From NCBI GenBank assembly GCA_963758555.1, contig CAVWVW010000004.1, positions 19,791-83,790 of the forward strand: 64,000 nucleotides of DNA, read 5' to 3'. This stretch comes from an uncultured Acidimicrobiales bacterium (GTDB lineage Bacteria; Actinomycetota; Acidimicrobiia; Acidimicrobiales; RAAP-2). The notes below the pieces were generated by a model. The model saw only the letters and a program-made list of their open reading frames with translations. It searched no databases and had not been told where the DNA came from. A program made the translations under genes and the position numbers. The number at the start of each line of letters is the position of its first letter. Positions within the stretch are counted from its first letter, which is position 1. Below are positions 49,396 to 59,970 of this stretch, piece by piece.

Positions 49396-50670
49396 CTACG
49401 AGCTGCGGCTGGTGATCGGGACGAAGTCGCGGGTGTCGGAGCCGGTGTAGAGCTGGCGCGGACGCGTGATCTTCATGTCCTGCTCCAAGAGCTCCTTGTA
49501 GTGAGCCAGCCAGCCGGCGGTCCTCGGGATGGCGAAGAGCACCGTGAACATCTCGAGCGGGAAGCCCATGGCCTGGTAGATCAGCCCTGAGTAGAAGTCG
49601 ACGTTCGGGTAGAGCTTGCGGCTGATGAAGTACTCATCGCTCAGCGCGATCTCCTCGAGCTTGAGCGCGATGTCGAGCAGCGGGTTCTTGCCAGTGACCT
49701 CGAAGACCTCGTCGGCGGTCTTCTTGATGATCCGAGCGCGTGGGTCGTAGCTCTTGTAGACGCGATGGCCGAAGCCTTGGAGCAGCTTGTTGCCCGCCTT
49801 GACCTCAGCGATGTAGGCCTCGACGTTGTCGATCGAGCCGATCTCGTTGAGCATCTTGATCACGGCTTCGTTGGCCCCTCCGTGACGAGGTCCGTAGAGG
49901 GCTGCGGCCGCGGCGGCAGTCGCCGAATAGGGGTCGGCGTGGCTCGAGCCCACGGTGCGCATGGCGGTCGTCCCACAGTTCTGCTCGTGGTCCGCGTGCA
50001 GGATGAAGAGCACGTCGAGCGCCTTGACGAGCACAGGGTCGATCTCGAAGCGAGGCTCGGCCACCTTCCACATCATCGAGAGGAAGTTCGCACAGAAGTC
50101 AAGCGAGTTGTCGGGGTAGACGAAGGGCATCCCCACGCTGAAGCGGTGTGCGGCGGCGGCCAAGGTCGGCATCTTGGCGATGAGCCGGACGATCTGCTTC
50201 TGCAGCGTCGCCGGGTCACCGATGTCCTTGGCATCCAGGTAGAAGGTGCTCAGCGCAGCGACGGCGGAGACCATCATCCCCATCGGGTGGGCGTCGTAGT
50301 GGAAGCCCTCCAAGAAACGCTTGCGCACGTTCTCGTGGATGAAGGTGTGGTAGGTGATCTCGTGGCTCCACGTCTCGAACTGGTCGGTCGTGGGCAGCTC
50401 GCCGTTCAGCAGCAGGTAGGCCACCTCGAGGTAGTTCGACTGCTCGGCGAGCTGCTCGATGGGGTAGCCGCGGTAGCGGAGGATGCCAGCCTCGCCATCG
50501 AGGTAGGTGATCGAGCTCTCACAGGCCGCCGTCGACATGAAGGCCGGGTCGTAGAACCAGATGCCGGGCAGCAGCTTGGAGAACTCAGAGGCCGCTACCC
50601 CGCCGTTCGAGATCGGGATCTCACGGCTCTCACCAGTGCGGTTGTCCGTGATCGTGATGGTCTCAGGCAC
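49396..50670 (-). CDS. gltA: citrate synthase (type II, hexameric-type length)
   Basis: 424-aa ORF containing ITYLDGEAGILRYRGYPIEQL, HADHEQN and GFGHRVYK. Confidence 0.93.
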   Translation of the reverse strand: MPETITITDNRTGESREIPISNGGVAASEFSKLLPGIWFYDPAFMSTAACESSITYLDGEAGILRYRGYPIEQLAEQSNYLEVAYLLLNGELPTTDQFETWSHEITYHTFIHENVRKRFLEGFHYDAHPMGMMVSAVAALSTFYLDAKDIGDPATLQKQIVRLIAKMPTLAAAAHRFSVGMPFVYPDNSLDFCANFLSMMWKVAEPRFEIDPVLVKALDVLFILHADHEQNCGTTAMRTVGSSHADPYSATAAAAAALYGPRHGGANEAVIKMLNEIGSIDNVEAYIAEVKAGNKLLQGFGHRVYKSYDPRARIIKKTADEVFEVTGKNPLLDIALKLEEIALSDEYFISRKLYPNVDFYSGLIYQAMGFPLEMFTVLFAIPRTAGWLAHYKELLEQDMKITRPRQLYTGSDTRDFVPITSRSS

Positions 50671-50754
50671 TTCGAGGGCCTCCTCGTAGGGGGAATTCGT
50701 CGCAAGCAGGGCCCATGATATGACGTCTCCGAGGGGGGTCGTACCGGTGGGTCA

Positions 50755-51837
50755 TCACGCGCCTCCTGAGGAGGCCGCGATCGCCAGACCGGCCTGGAAG
50801 CTGAGTGCGCTGGTGTCGGCCTGACCTGCAGGTGCAGCGACCGTCACGGTGAGCTGGACGAGTGCGCCCGGCGAGACGAGCATGCGCGGCAACACGAGGG
50901 TGAGCGCGCCGGCGGCCACGATCGATCCCGTCGCCCTCGAGGTGCGCAGGATCTGGCCGTTGGGCGCCGTGAGGACCGCCGTCACGGTCACGTGCGGCTC
51001 GAAGACGTTGCCGAGATTCCTGAGCGTGACCGAGACCACGATGCCATGGGTCGGCGGGAGCTGCACGAGCTGGAACGCACCAGCGTTCGGCAACGGGCTT
51101 GGGGAGATCGAGGTGGTGACCAGTTGCACGTTGTGGACGATCGCCAGGCTCGGCGATGAGGACAGCGAACTCACGAGCGTCGCCATCGAGGTCGGACTGA
51201 GCAGCGAGGTGTCGGCCACGAAGACGTTGCGGATCAGACGGGCGTTCCCCGGTGCGCGGGCTAAGGCCACGCGCGTGCCCAGCACGGCACGATCAGCCTC
51301 GACGATCTGAGCACCGGCCGCGCTCAGGTGAGCGACGACCACCGAGGAGGGGAGGAGCGCAGCTCCCGAGCTGGGTTGTCCTGAGAGACCAGGGGAGGTG
51401 GGTTGCTCGAGCCCCAAGAGGCCGTCGATGCTGATTGCCATCTGGGCCACGGCGGCGGCGCGCGCCGAGACGATGGTGGTCATCGACGAGCCAGCGGTGC
51501 CGCTCGGACCCGGATCGCCCGCCCGCTGTTGACCCTCCAGGGCCTGCTGGGTGTCACGGACGAGGTCGGCCAGCTTCAGCGCCAAGCTCTGGCGATCGAG
51601 AGTGGGCATGTCCTTGAGCAGCGTCGAGAGCTGCTGACCTTGGACAGTCTGAGCCTGGGTGATCGAGTTGGTCTGCGCGGCGAAGGAGCGGTTGACGGTC
51701 GAGAGGTACGAGGTCGACGAGTTCGCGCCCGAGACGATCCCGTTGATCAAGAGCCCGGCGAGCACCAGCACCAAGGCGACCGCTGCAAACGTCGCCAGCC
51801 TCGATCGTCCACTGACGCGGCGCCTTCGACGTGCCAT
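50755..51837 (-). CDS. membrane-anchored hypothetical protein
   Basis: 360-aa ORF starting MARRRRR plus one TM segment, followed by a helical segment and then a Val/Thr/Leu-rich beta-type C-terminal domain. I do not recognise a family. Confidence 0.5.
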   Translation of the reverse strand: MARRRRRVSGRSRLATFAAVALVLVLAGLLINGIVSGANSSTSYLSTVNRSFAAQTNSITQAQTVQGQQLSTLLKDMPTLDRQSLALKLADLVRDTQQALEGQQRAGDPGPSGTAGSSMTTIVSARAAAVAQMAISIDGLLGLEQPTSPGLSGQPSSGAALLPSSVVVAHLSAAGAQIVEADRAVLGTRVALARAPGNARLIRNVFVADTSLLSPTSMATLVSSLSSSPSLAIVHNVQLVTTSISPSPLPNAGAFQLVQLPPTHGIVVSVTLRNLGNVFEPHVTVTAVLTAPNGQILRTSRATGSIVAAGALTLVLPRMLVSPGALVQLTVTVAAPAGQADTSALSFQAGLAIAASSGGA

Positions 51838-51922
51838 CAGCGCATCACGCTACTCGGGCACCTCTCACCGGCTTCCTCAGCTCTGAGCGAGCAAGGACCC
51901 GATCGATCGACCCGTGGCGGGT

Positions 51923-53317
51923 CTACGGCTCGACCGGGTCGTCGTCAGTCTCGACCAGATGGAGATCAGCCTGGCTCCCTGCTGGATGCGTCGACGGCCC
52001 GAGCTCAGGTGCTTCGAGTCGACGCGCGGCGCCGTCGACGGGCTGCGGCGCCTCAAGGTCGGCGGTGCCCTCGGGGGTCACCCCGAGGCGCTCAAAGCGA
52101 CGAGCAGACGGCAGGACTCGTCGCTCGAGGGAGCCCACGGCGTCGTTGTAGGCGTTGAGCGAGCTGTTCAGCGAACGACCCACCTTGCTCAGGTGGCCCG
52201 CAAACGTGACGAGGCGCTCGTAGAGCTCGCGCCCGGCCTCTTGGATCTCGGCTGCGTTGGTGGCCAGCTGCTCCTGGCGCCACCCGAGGCCCACCGTCTT
52301 GAGCAGCGCGATGAGGTTGACCGGCCCCGTGAGGAGCACCTTGTTGTCCATGGCCCGATCGATCAGGCTCGGATCTGCCTCGAAGGCTGCGGCCAAGAGC
52401 GCCTCGCCGGGGACGAAGCACACCACGAACTCGGGGCTGTTGGGCTCGAACTGCTTCCAGTAGGCCTTCTTGGCCAGGGAGTCCACGTGAGTGCGCAGCT
52501 GGCGGGCATGATCGAGCAGGCAGAGCCGCCTGGTCTCCTCATCCTCAGCCTCGATGGCTCTCAGGTACGCATCGAGGGGCACCTTGGCGTCGATGACGAC
52601 GCGCGCGCCATCAGGAAGCGTGACGAGCAGGTCCGGTCGCTGGACGCCGTCATCGGTGTTCACCGAGCCTTGCTCGATGAAGTCGCAGTGCGCCACCATC
52701 CCGGCCATCTCCACCACGCGACGCAGCTGGAGCTCGCCCCAGCGACCTCGGGTGGTCGGTGAGCGCAGTGCGGTGACCAGGCTGTGGGTCTCCTTTTGGA
52801 GACGGTCTTCAGAGGCGGTGAGCTGCTCGAGGTGCGAGGTGACGTCCTTGTACGCGCTCTCCCGCTTGCCTTCGAGCTCCTTGACTGACGTGGTGTAGCG
52901 GTCGAGCAGCTCCCTGAGCGGATCGACCTGTCGACGGAACTGCTCGTCGCGCAGCGCTTGGCCTTGAGCGAGCGAGTTGGTGACCACCTCGAGGCGCTCG
53001 GCAGCCAGCTCGGTGAGCTTGGCCGTTCCTTGGGCGACGACCTCATGGGTCAAGGTGGCGATGGTCTCGGCCAGTCGCGCCTGCTCTTCGGTGCGGGCGA
53101 CGAGCAGGCTCTCGTTGGTGGCTTCGACGGATGCCACTCGACGCTGGAGCTCGTCTCGTTCGGCACGGAGCACGTCGCGTTCGGCAACGGCGGCGCCAAG
53201 TTGCTCCCGGGATCCGCTCAGCTCGGCCCGGCGAGCGCCAGTCCTACTAGCGAAGATCACCCACGCAACGAGCACGCCGACGATGACGCCAATGACGATG
53301 CCAAGCGCGATCTGCAT
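51923..53317 (-). CDS. rmuC: DNA recombination protein RmuC
   Basis: The inner ATG at 53317 gives a 464-aa protein with an N-terminal TM segment (MQIALGIVIGVIVGVLVAWVIF), a coiled coil, and an RmuC core (RGRWGELQLRRVVEMAGM, DAKVPLDAY). Confidence 0.85.
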   Translation of the reverse strand: MQIALGIVIGVIVGVLVAWVIFASRTGARRAELSGSREQLGAAVAERDVLRAERDELQRRVASVEATNESLLVARTEEQARLAETIATLTHEVVAQGTAKLTELAAERLEVVTNSLAQGQALRDEQFRRQVDPLRELLDRYTTSVKELEGKRESAYKDVTSHLEQLTASEDRLQKETHSLVTALRSPTTRGRWGELQLRRVVEMAGMVAHCDFIEQGSVNTDDGVQRPDLLVTLPDGARVVIDAKVPLDAYLRAIEAEDEETRRLCLLDHARQLRTHVDSLAKKAYWKQFEPNSPEFVVCFVPGEALLAAAFEADPSLIDRAMDNKVLLTGPVNLIALLKTVGLGWRQEQLATNAAEIQEAGRELYERLVTFAGHLSKVGRSLNSSLNAYNDAVGSLERRVLPSARRFERLGVTPEGTADLEAPQPVDGAARRLEAPELGPSTHPAGSQADLHLVETDDDPVEP

Positions 53318-53626
53318 CGTTCGACGCCCCTCTCTCTGCGCACAGCTGCGCACAACCCCAAACCACGATCGTAGGCAGCGGCTGTGACCACTCGCGACGA
53401 GCATGACGGCACAGACGGCCTCTATTTCGCTGGGATATGCTCGAAGTTGACGCCATTGTCGATCTTGGGGGCCATGAGCGCCACCGATGCTCGACGCTTG
53501 GTTCAAGTCGAAAGGCGGGGGAAGCGTGTCAACGGTGGTCGCTCAGCACACGGCAAGCACGCGTGCCCTCGCGACGCTCGACGCGGCCCACCTGACGACC
53601 TGTCACCCCGAAGGCGCACTGCGCTG

Positions 53627-54859
53627 ATGACGCCCTCAGTGGACCTCGACAGCCCCGACAGCGAGGTCGGCGAAGAGGAGAGAGCTGCCTTCCGCGCGAA
53701 GGCCCAGGGCTGGCTCGACGAGCACGCCGTGGCTCGCGGCGCACCCGGAGACTTCTCGGCCTCGCATCTCTTCTCCGCCAAGACCCTTGAGGAGTTCTCC
53801 TTGAAGGAGGGCGAGGCCTTCGGCAAGGCCATCGACTGGCAGCGCGAGCTCTGCGCGGGAGGCTGGGCTGGGCTCTCGTGGCCTCTCGAGCACGGCGGCC
53901 GATCCCTGCCCGCGTGGACTGAGGAGGTCTTCGCGGAGGAGCACGCTCGCTATGGCGTCTCGACCAAGGTCCTCTCGGTGGGCCTCCAGATGGCAGCCAG
54001 CGTGCTGCGCAAGCACGGCACCTCCGAGCAGCAGGTGCGCTTCCTCCGACCGATCCTCCACGCCGAGGAGATCTGGTGCCAGCTGTTCTCGGAGCCCGAT
54101 GCTGGCTCTGACCTCGCCAGCCTGACCACGCGTGCCACGCCGCGCGCAGAGGGCTGGACGCTCAACGGCCAGAAGGTCTGGACCTCAGGGGCCTCGATGA
54201 GCAACCTCGGGCTCCTGCTGGCGCGCTCGGACGCTGGCACCTCAGGCAGAAGGGGCCTCTCGTGCTTCATCGTCCCCATGGACGCCCCCGGCATCGAGGT
54301 GAGGCCACTTCGAGAGATGTCGGGCGCCTACCACTTCAATGAGGTGTTCATCAGCGACGTCGACATCGAGCGAGACGCCCTCGTCGGCGTCGAAGGCGAG
54401 GGCTGGAGCGTGGCGCGCACCATGCTCTCGAGCGAGCGTGGCGCCATTGGTGGTGGCACCAGCGCTCGATCCTTCAAAGAGCTGGTGATGACGCTTCAGC
54501 AGCACTGCAGTGTTGAGACGAGGTCCGATCCCGTCGTCCGTGAGCAGGTGGCGAGAGCCTTCACCCGCGAATCGATCCTCGACGTCTTCGGCCAGCGCCT
54601 CCAAGCGGGTCAGGGAGGTCCAGGAGGTCCGTCGATCGCCAAGCTGCTCTACTCGGAGCACGCCAGGATCACCTCGGCGTTCGCCATGGATCTGCTCGGC
54701 ATGGCCTCGGTCGCCGGAGAGGACGCCTGGGCAGTCTCCTGGCAAGACCGCTTCTTGTTCTCGCCCGGCCTTCGCCTCGGTGGCGGGACCGATGAGATCC
54801 AGCGCAACATCATCGCTGAGCGAGGCCTCGGCCTCCCACGAGAGGTCCTCGGCTCATGA
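53627..54859 (+). CDS. acyl-CoA dehydrogenase family protein
   Basis: The inner ATG at 53627 gives a 410-aa protein containing QLFSEPDAGSDLASLTTRA, GQKVWTSGA and GGTDEIQRNIIAERGLGLP. The upstream 81 codons of ORF 53384..54859 look non-coding. Confidence 0.88.
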   Translation: MTPSVDLDSPDSEVGEEERAAFRAKAQGWLDEHAVARGAPGDFSASHLFSAKTLEEFSLKEGEAFGKAIDWQRELCAGGWAGLSWPLEHGGRSLPAWTEEVFAEEHARYGVSTKVLSVGLQMAASVLRKHGTSEQQVRFLRPILHAEEIWCQLFSEPDAGSDLASLTTRATPRAEGWTLNGQKVWTSGASMSNLGLLLARSDAGTSGRRGLSCFIVPMDAPGIEVRPLREMSGAYHFNEVFISDVDIERDALVGVEGEGWSVARTMLSSERGAIGGGTSARSFKELVMTLQQHCSVETRSDPVVREQVARAFTRESILDVFGQRLQAGQGGPGGPSIAKLLYSEHARITSAFAMDLLGMASVAGEDAWAVSWQDRFLFSPGLRLGGGTDEIQRNIIAERGLGLPREVLGS

Positions 54860-56487
54860 CGGCACCCGCAACGGCAGCAGAGCTGTTCTTGTCGCACCGT
54901 GACAGTGACGCCACGGGCCTCTTCTTCGAAGGCCAGGAAATCACCTATCGACGGTGGCTCGACGAAGCGGCGAAGCGAGCGGCGCTCTTCGAGCTGGTGC
55001 GAGACCCCGACAAGCCACCACACATCGGGGTGTTGCTCGACAACACGCCCGACTACCTCTTCTGGCTTGGTGCTGCGGCTATCTCGGGTGCAGTCATCGT
55101 GGGCGTCAACTCCACCTACCGAGGCGCTGAGCTGCTCCGCCTCATCGATCATGCCGATTGCCAGACGATGGTCGTCTCGGACACGTTCAGCGACCTGCTT
55201 GACCAGGCGAACTTCTCGATGGATCCCGCCAAGATCTTTCGCACCGACACTGCGGAGTACCAAGCAGCGCTCAACGACCTCGACGCGATCGACACCGAGA
55301 GCAAACCCCCCGACGAAGAGGACCTCTACCTCCTGATCTTCACCTCGGGCTCGACCAGCTTTCCGAAGGCCGTGCGCTGCACCCAAGGGCGCTATGCCCG
55401 CACCGGGCTTCACGTGGCCAACGTCGCCGACCTGCACGAGGGAGACGGCGTGTACTCGCCCCTCCCCTTCTTCCACTCAAGCTCGCTGTTCACTGGTCTC
55501 GGCAGCTCGCTGGCGGCAGGCGTGACGCTCGGCACACGCTCAAAGTTCTCAGCGTCAAAGACCATGGGAGACGTGCGAGCGATGGGTGCGACGCTGATGG
55601 CCTACACCGGCAAGGTCCTCAACTACATCCTGGCCGTGCCCCCAGCCCCCGACGATGCAGACAACCCGCTCAAGATCGCCCTCGGCAACGAGGCGTCGAT
55701 CAACGACATCCGAAGCTTCGCTCAGCGCTTCGACTGCAGGGTGCACGACAGCTACGGCTCCACTGAAGGAGTCATCATCATTCGACGCGATGCGTCAATG
55801 CCTGAAGGGGCGCTCGGCTCTGCGGACGACTCGATCGTCGTGCTCGATCCAGAGACGGGCGACGAGTGCCCTCGCGTCAGGCGTGACGCGGACGGCACGA
55901 TCCTCAACGCAGCCGAGGCCACAGGAGAGATCGTCAACCTGCGACCGAGCGGGGGCTTCGAGGGCTACTACAAGAATGAAGAGGCGACGACGGAGCGCTT
56001 CCGCGAGGGCCAGTACTGGTCGGGAGACCTCGCCTATCGCGACGACGAGGGATGGTTCTACTTCGCCGGTCGATCCAACGAGTGGCTCCGTGTCGATGGC
56101 GAGAACTTCGCCGCCGGGGTGGTCGAGACCATCCTTGGTCGCTTCTCCCAAGCGCGCAGCGCCATCATCTATGCCGTGCCTGACGCGCCAGTGGGTGACG
56201 CCGTGATGGCGGCCCTCGAGGTCTCCGAGCCTTCGAGCTTCGACGTCGAGGCCTTCGACGACTTTCTGGCCAGCCAGGACGACATGGGCCCGAAGTGGAT
56301 GCCGACCTTCGTACGGGTTGACGCGGATCTCCCGAAGCTGGCCAGCATGAAGTTCGACAAGACCACTCTTCGACGCGAGGCGTGGCTCTCGGGGGACGTC
56401 TACTGGCGGCCTAGCCGAGGTGAGAGGTTGCAGCCGCTCAACGTCGAAGCCCGGGCGACGCTCGAGCCGCGCCTGAAGAACGTCTAG
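54856..56487 (+). CDS. AMP-dependent acyl-CoA synthetase/ligase
   Basis: 543-aa ORF with the AMP-binding motif LIFTSGSTSFPKAV and YWSGDLAYRDDEGWFYFAGR. Its start forms an ATGA overlap with the ACAD stop. Confidence 0.9.
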   Translation: MTAPATAAELFLSHRDSDATGLFFEGQEITYRRWLDEAAKRAALFELVRDPDKPPHIGVLLDNTPDYLFWLGAAAISGAVIVGVNSTYRGAELLRLIDHADCQTMVVSDTFSDLLDQANFSMDPAKIFRTDTAEYQAALNDLDAIDTESKPPDEEDLYLLIFTSGSTSFPKAVRCTQGRYARTGLHVANVADLHEGDGVYSPLPFFHSSSLFTGLGSSLAAGVTLGTRSKFSASKTMGDVRAMGATLMAYTGKVLNYILAVPPAPDDADNPLKIALGNEASINDIRSFAQRFDCRVHDSYGSTEGVIIIRRDASMPEGALGSADDSIVVLDPETGDECPRVRRDADGTILNAAEATGEIVNLRPSGGFEGYYKNEEATTERFREGQYWSGDLAYRDDEGWFYFAGRSNEWLRVDGENFAAGVVETILGRFSQARSAIIYAVPDAPVGDAVMAALEVSEPSSFDVEAFDDFLASQDDMGPKWMPTFVRVDADLPKLASMKFDKTTLRREAWLSGDVYWRPSRGERLQPLNVEARATLEPRLKNV

Positions 56488-56540
56488 CAAGCCTCATGAT
56501 CGTCACACGTTGACGCGCGCTCACGTCACGGAAAGGCCCC

Positions 56541-57804
56541 ATGTCAAGCACCACCGACAAACCAGTACCGAACATCTCGAAGCTTCGCGTTCTGGTCCAA
56601 GCCCTCTGCGCAGCGGGCTGTCACCTTCGCCGAGCTGCGTCGCGACTCGCCAGTGACCTTCCAGGAGCCCTCTGACTTCGGCCTCAGTCGAGCCAATCGA
56701 GGGTTCTGGGCGGTGACCAGCCATGCTGATGTCCAGCACGTCAGTCGCACGCCCACCCTCTTCTGCTCGAGTGAAGGCGTCGGCATGGGAGCGATCCCAA
56801 AAGAGATGCTCGAGCTCAACGCATCGTTCCTGGTGATGGATGACCCGAAGCATGCTGAGCTGCGCCGGATCGTCAGCGGCGTCTTCACGCCGAAGCAGGT
56901 CGCTCGCCTGAGCGACGAGATCACCGCCGAGGCCAACAGCATCGTCGACGAGTTCGTGGACGGCGGAGGGGGCGACGCCGTCCAAGACTTCGCCATGAAG
57001 CTTCCGCTCTGGACCATCTCAAACATGATGGGTGTGCCACCGTCGCTTCGCATGGAGCTCGTCCGAGCCGCTGAAGGTCAGATCGCGGCTCAGGACCCCG
57101 AGTTCAAGCAGGAAGGTCGCACCGGCACGGAGGTGGCGATCGAGGCGGGGATGACGATGCATGCCATCGCCCACGAGCTCATAGCGGAACGACGGGTGAA
57201 CCCCGGGGACGACATCTTGTCCAAGCTCGTGCACTCAAAGCTCGGAGGAGAGCCTCTCAGCGACGCCGTGCTCGGTGGCGTCTTCGTCCTCTTTGCCACC
57301 GCGGGCAACGACACGACTCGCACGACCTCAAGCCACGGCATCAAGCTGTTCGCCGACAATGAGTCCCAATGGGCGTCGCTGTGCGAAGAGCCAGAGCTCG
57401 TCAACAGTGCAGTCGAAGAGATGGTCCGCTTCGTCACCCCCGTGATCCACTTCCGGCGCACCGCCACAGAGGACACCGAACTCGGTGGCGTCAAGATCAG
57501 CGAGGGCGATGCCGTCGTGCTGTTCTACGAGTCAGCGAACTACGACGAGACGGTCTTTGAGCGTCCCGAGGGCTTTGACATCCGTCGCAACCCGAACCCA
57601 CACGTGGGCTTCGGTGGCGGCGGCTCACACTTCTGCTTGGGCGCCAACCTCGCCCGCGTCCAGCTCAGGGCGCTCTTCGGGCGCTTGGCCGGGCGTGCAG
57701 CGTCGCTCGAAGTTGGCACGCCCGACTACTTGATCAGCAACTTCTCCCACGCCATCAAGCGGATGCCGGTGACGATCACGCCCCGATCGAGGACGACGTC
57801 ATGA
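56541..57804 (+). CDS. cytochrome P450, frame-disrupted near the 5' end
   Basis: ORF 56653..57804 carries AGNDTTR, EEMVRF and the heme loop FGGGGSHFCLGANLAR. Its frame stays open upstream to 56500 without a start codon. The ATG at 56541 (GGAAAGG upstream) is in another frame, with the junction ...NISKLR / FWSKPSAQRAVTFAELR near 56589. The span is 1264 nt = 3n+1. Confidence 0.8.
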
Positions 57805-57841
57805 GCCCAAACGATCATGAGCTCCGGGGGGGCGAGGTCTG

Positions 57842-58921
57842 ATGGAACAGCTGACAGAGCTGGGCTTCTACGGGCTCGCTGGTCACTCTGACTCTCCTCG
57901 GGATCTGGTGGAGGAGGTCCGCACTGCCGAAGAGCTAGGTCTCGGCGCCGTGCTGATCTCAGAGCGCTTCAACCTGAAGGACGCCACCACCCTCAGTGGG
58001 GCGGCAGGAGCGCTGAGCGAAACCCTCGGTGTCGCCACTGCGGCCACCAACCACAACACGAGACACCCCCTTGTCACCGCCACCTTTGCGACCACGATGC
58101 ACCGCTTAACTGGCGGTCGCTTCGCCCTGGGCCTCGGGCGAGGCTTCGACGCCATGTTCCGAGCCATGGGACTCGATCCGATCACCGCGGCTCAGATGAA
58201 AGATGCCATCGACATCTACCGCCGGCTCTGGAAGGGCGAGGCGGTCACGGCCCACGACGGACCAGCCGGCCGGTACCCGTACCTGCACCAGGACGCGACC
58301 TTCAACGAAGACATCCCTGTGCTCATGGTGGCCATGGGTGAGAAAACCTTGGAGTTCGCCGGCAGCTGCATGGACGCTGTTGTGCTGCACACCTTCTTCG
58401 GTGATGAGGCCATGGCGAGGTCGGTGGCTGCCGTCCACCGAGGCGCTGAGCGTGCCGGACGAGATCCGAAGCAGGTCCGCATCTGGTCGGTCCTGGCCAC
58501 CGTCGGTGACCACATCGAGGAGCCCTTGCGTCTCAAGAAGACCGTCGGACGGTTGTCCTCATACCTTCGCGGCTACGGCGACGTGCTCGTCAAAGCAAAC
58601 GACTGGGACCCCGCTGTGCTCGAGCGATTCCGCGCTGATCCGCTCGTCCAGAACTTCCAAGGCGCCATCGACGCGCGCGCCACCACCGAGGAGCTCGAGC
58701 ACCTCGCCACGCTGCTTCCCGACGACTGGGCGAGCATCGCAGCCACCGGAACGCCCGAGCAGTGTGCGGCCACCGTGCTCGAGCAGTTCGACCTAGGAGC
58801 GGACAGCGTCTGTCTCCACGGCGCCACGCCGAAGGAGCTTGAACCCATCCTTGCGGCGTATCGTGCGATACGCCCGACAACGGTGTCGGGGCTCCCTGCG
58901 AATCCAGGTTGGAGCCGATGA
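57842..58921 (+). CDS. LLM-class (luciferase-like) flavin/F420-dependent oxidoreductase
   Basis: 359-aa ORF with a TIM-barrel LLM pattern (ISERFNLKD, GGRFALGLGRG). Confidence 0.8.
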   Translation: MEQLTELGFYGLAGHSDSPRDLVEEVRTAEELGLGAVLISERFNLKDATTLSGAAGALSETLGVATAATNHNTRHPLVTATFATTMHRLTGGRFALGLGRGFDAMFRAMGLDPITAAQMKDAIDIYRRLWKGEAVTAHDGPAGRYPYLHQDATFNEDIPVLMVAMGEKTLEFAGSCMDAVVLHTFFGDEAMARSVAAVHRGAERAGRDPKQVRIWSVLATVGDHIEEPLRLKKTVGRLSSYLRGYGDVLVKANDWDPAVLERFRADPLVQNFQGAIDARATTEELEHLATLLPDDWASIAATGTPEQCAATVLEQFDLGADSVCLHGATPKELEPILAAYRAIRPTTVSGLPANPGWSR

Positions 58922-59970
58922 GCGAGCTGATCGCCATGAGCGCCGACGATCTCACCGAAGCGTGGCTTGCTGAGGTTCTCGGCACCACTGTTCGCTCGGT
59001 GAGCGCTGAGCGCATCGGCGCCGGCCAGACCTCGGCGACGTGTCGGCTCACGCTTGATGGGGACGGCCTGCCAGGCACCATGATCGCCAAGTTCGCTCAA
59101 GGAGATCTCGATGCTCGCTTGCGCGTGGCTCTGGCTCATCGAACCGAGGTCGGCTTCTACCGACAGATGGCAGATCGAGTGTCCCTCACGACACCCACGT
59201 GTTGGCACAGCGCGCTCTCTGAGGACGCGAGCTCCTTCACCTTGCTCCTCGAGGACCTGAGCCCTCGTCAGATCGGCCGACAGGTCGATGGCTGCACTCC
59301 CGGCCAAGCAATCGCAGGCGTCGAAGTCCTCGCTGCCCTCCACGCAAGCGGTTGGCGGGAGCCGGCGCTGCGTGCGCTGGACTTCTTCGTTCCTCTCACC
59401 GAGGAGCGTGCGAGCTTCCTCGGTGGTCTGGTGTCGCTCGCCACCGAGCAGTTCGTCGAGCGCTTTGCCGCGGTGCTCGACGAGAACGACGTCCTGACGC
59501 TTCGCCACGTCGCAAAGTCCATCGTCGACTTCCAACTCTGGGGATCGGATCGCTACTCGATCATCCACGGTGACTTCCGACTCGACAACCTGATGTTCGA
59601 TGCCCTGACCAATGAGGTGGTCCCTGTTGATTGGCAGACCGTCACCGTCGCCAACCCGGGCCGCGACCTCGCGTACTTCCTCGGCACCTGTCTTCCCACT
59701 GAGGTGCGCGTCGAGCTCGAAGATGAGCTGGTCGCGAGCTATCACCGCTCCCTGCTCGACCAGGGCATTGAGGACGTTTCGCTGGAGGGCTGCTTCGATG
59801 CGTACCGGGTCGGGCTCTTTCACGGACCGATGATCACGGTGCTGGGCACGATGACCTCGGCGGCCGTGCTCGAACCGTCGGCCGCCGAGATGTTCTGCTC
59901 CATGGCCGCACGCTCCTGTGCGGCGATGCGCTTCCACCACTCCTTTGATCTGCTCGAGGCCACGAGGTGA
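58918..59970 (+). CDS. phosphotransferase family protein (APH/CHK-like kinase)
   Basis: The sequence contains IIHGDFRLDNLMF and VDWQ (the Brenner and DxD-like motifs of APH-type kinases). I preferred the ATG at 58918, which forms an ATGA overlap with the LLM stop, over the TTG at 58909. Confidence 0.8.
   Translation: MSELIAMSADDLTEAWLAEVLGTTVRSVSAERIGAGQTSATCRLTLDGDGLPGTMIAKFAQGDLDARLRVALAHRTEVGFYRQMADRVSLTTPTCWHSALSEDASSFTLLLEDLSPRQIGRQVDGCTPGQAIAGVEVLAALHASGWREPALRALDFFVPLTEERASFLGGLVSLATEQFVERFAAVLDENDVLTLRHVAKSIVDFQLWGSDRYSIIHGDFRLDNLMFDALTNEVVPVDWQTVTVANPGRDLAYFLGTCLPTEVRVELEDELVASYHRSLLDQGIEDVSLEGCFDAYRVGLFHGPMITVLGTMTSAAVLEPSAAEMFCSMAARSCAAMRFHHSFDLLEATR

Noticed and set aside
53384-53626. 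The acyl-CoA dehydrogenase ORF has an 81-codon N-terminal extension.
   Set aside because: The extension is Arg-rich and lies in the divergent promoter region shared with rmuC. The ACAD homology begins at the ATG at 53627.
58573-59940. A 455-aa minus-strand ORF lies opposite the LLM and kinase genes. A 432-aa one (61987..63285) lies opposite the SDR and ALDH genes.
   Set aside because: Both are antisense to genes with clear catalytic motifs and have no motifs of their own. They are shadow ORFs.
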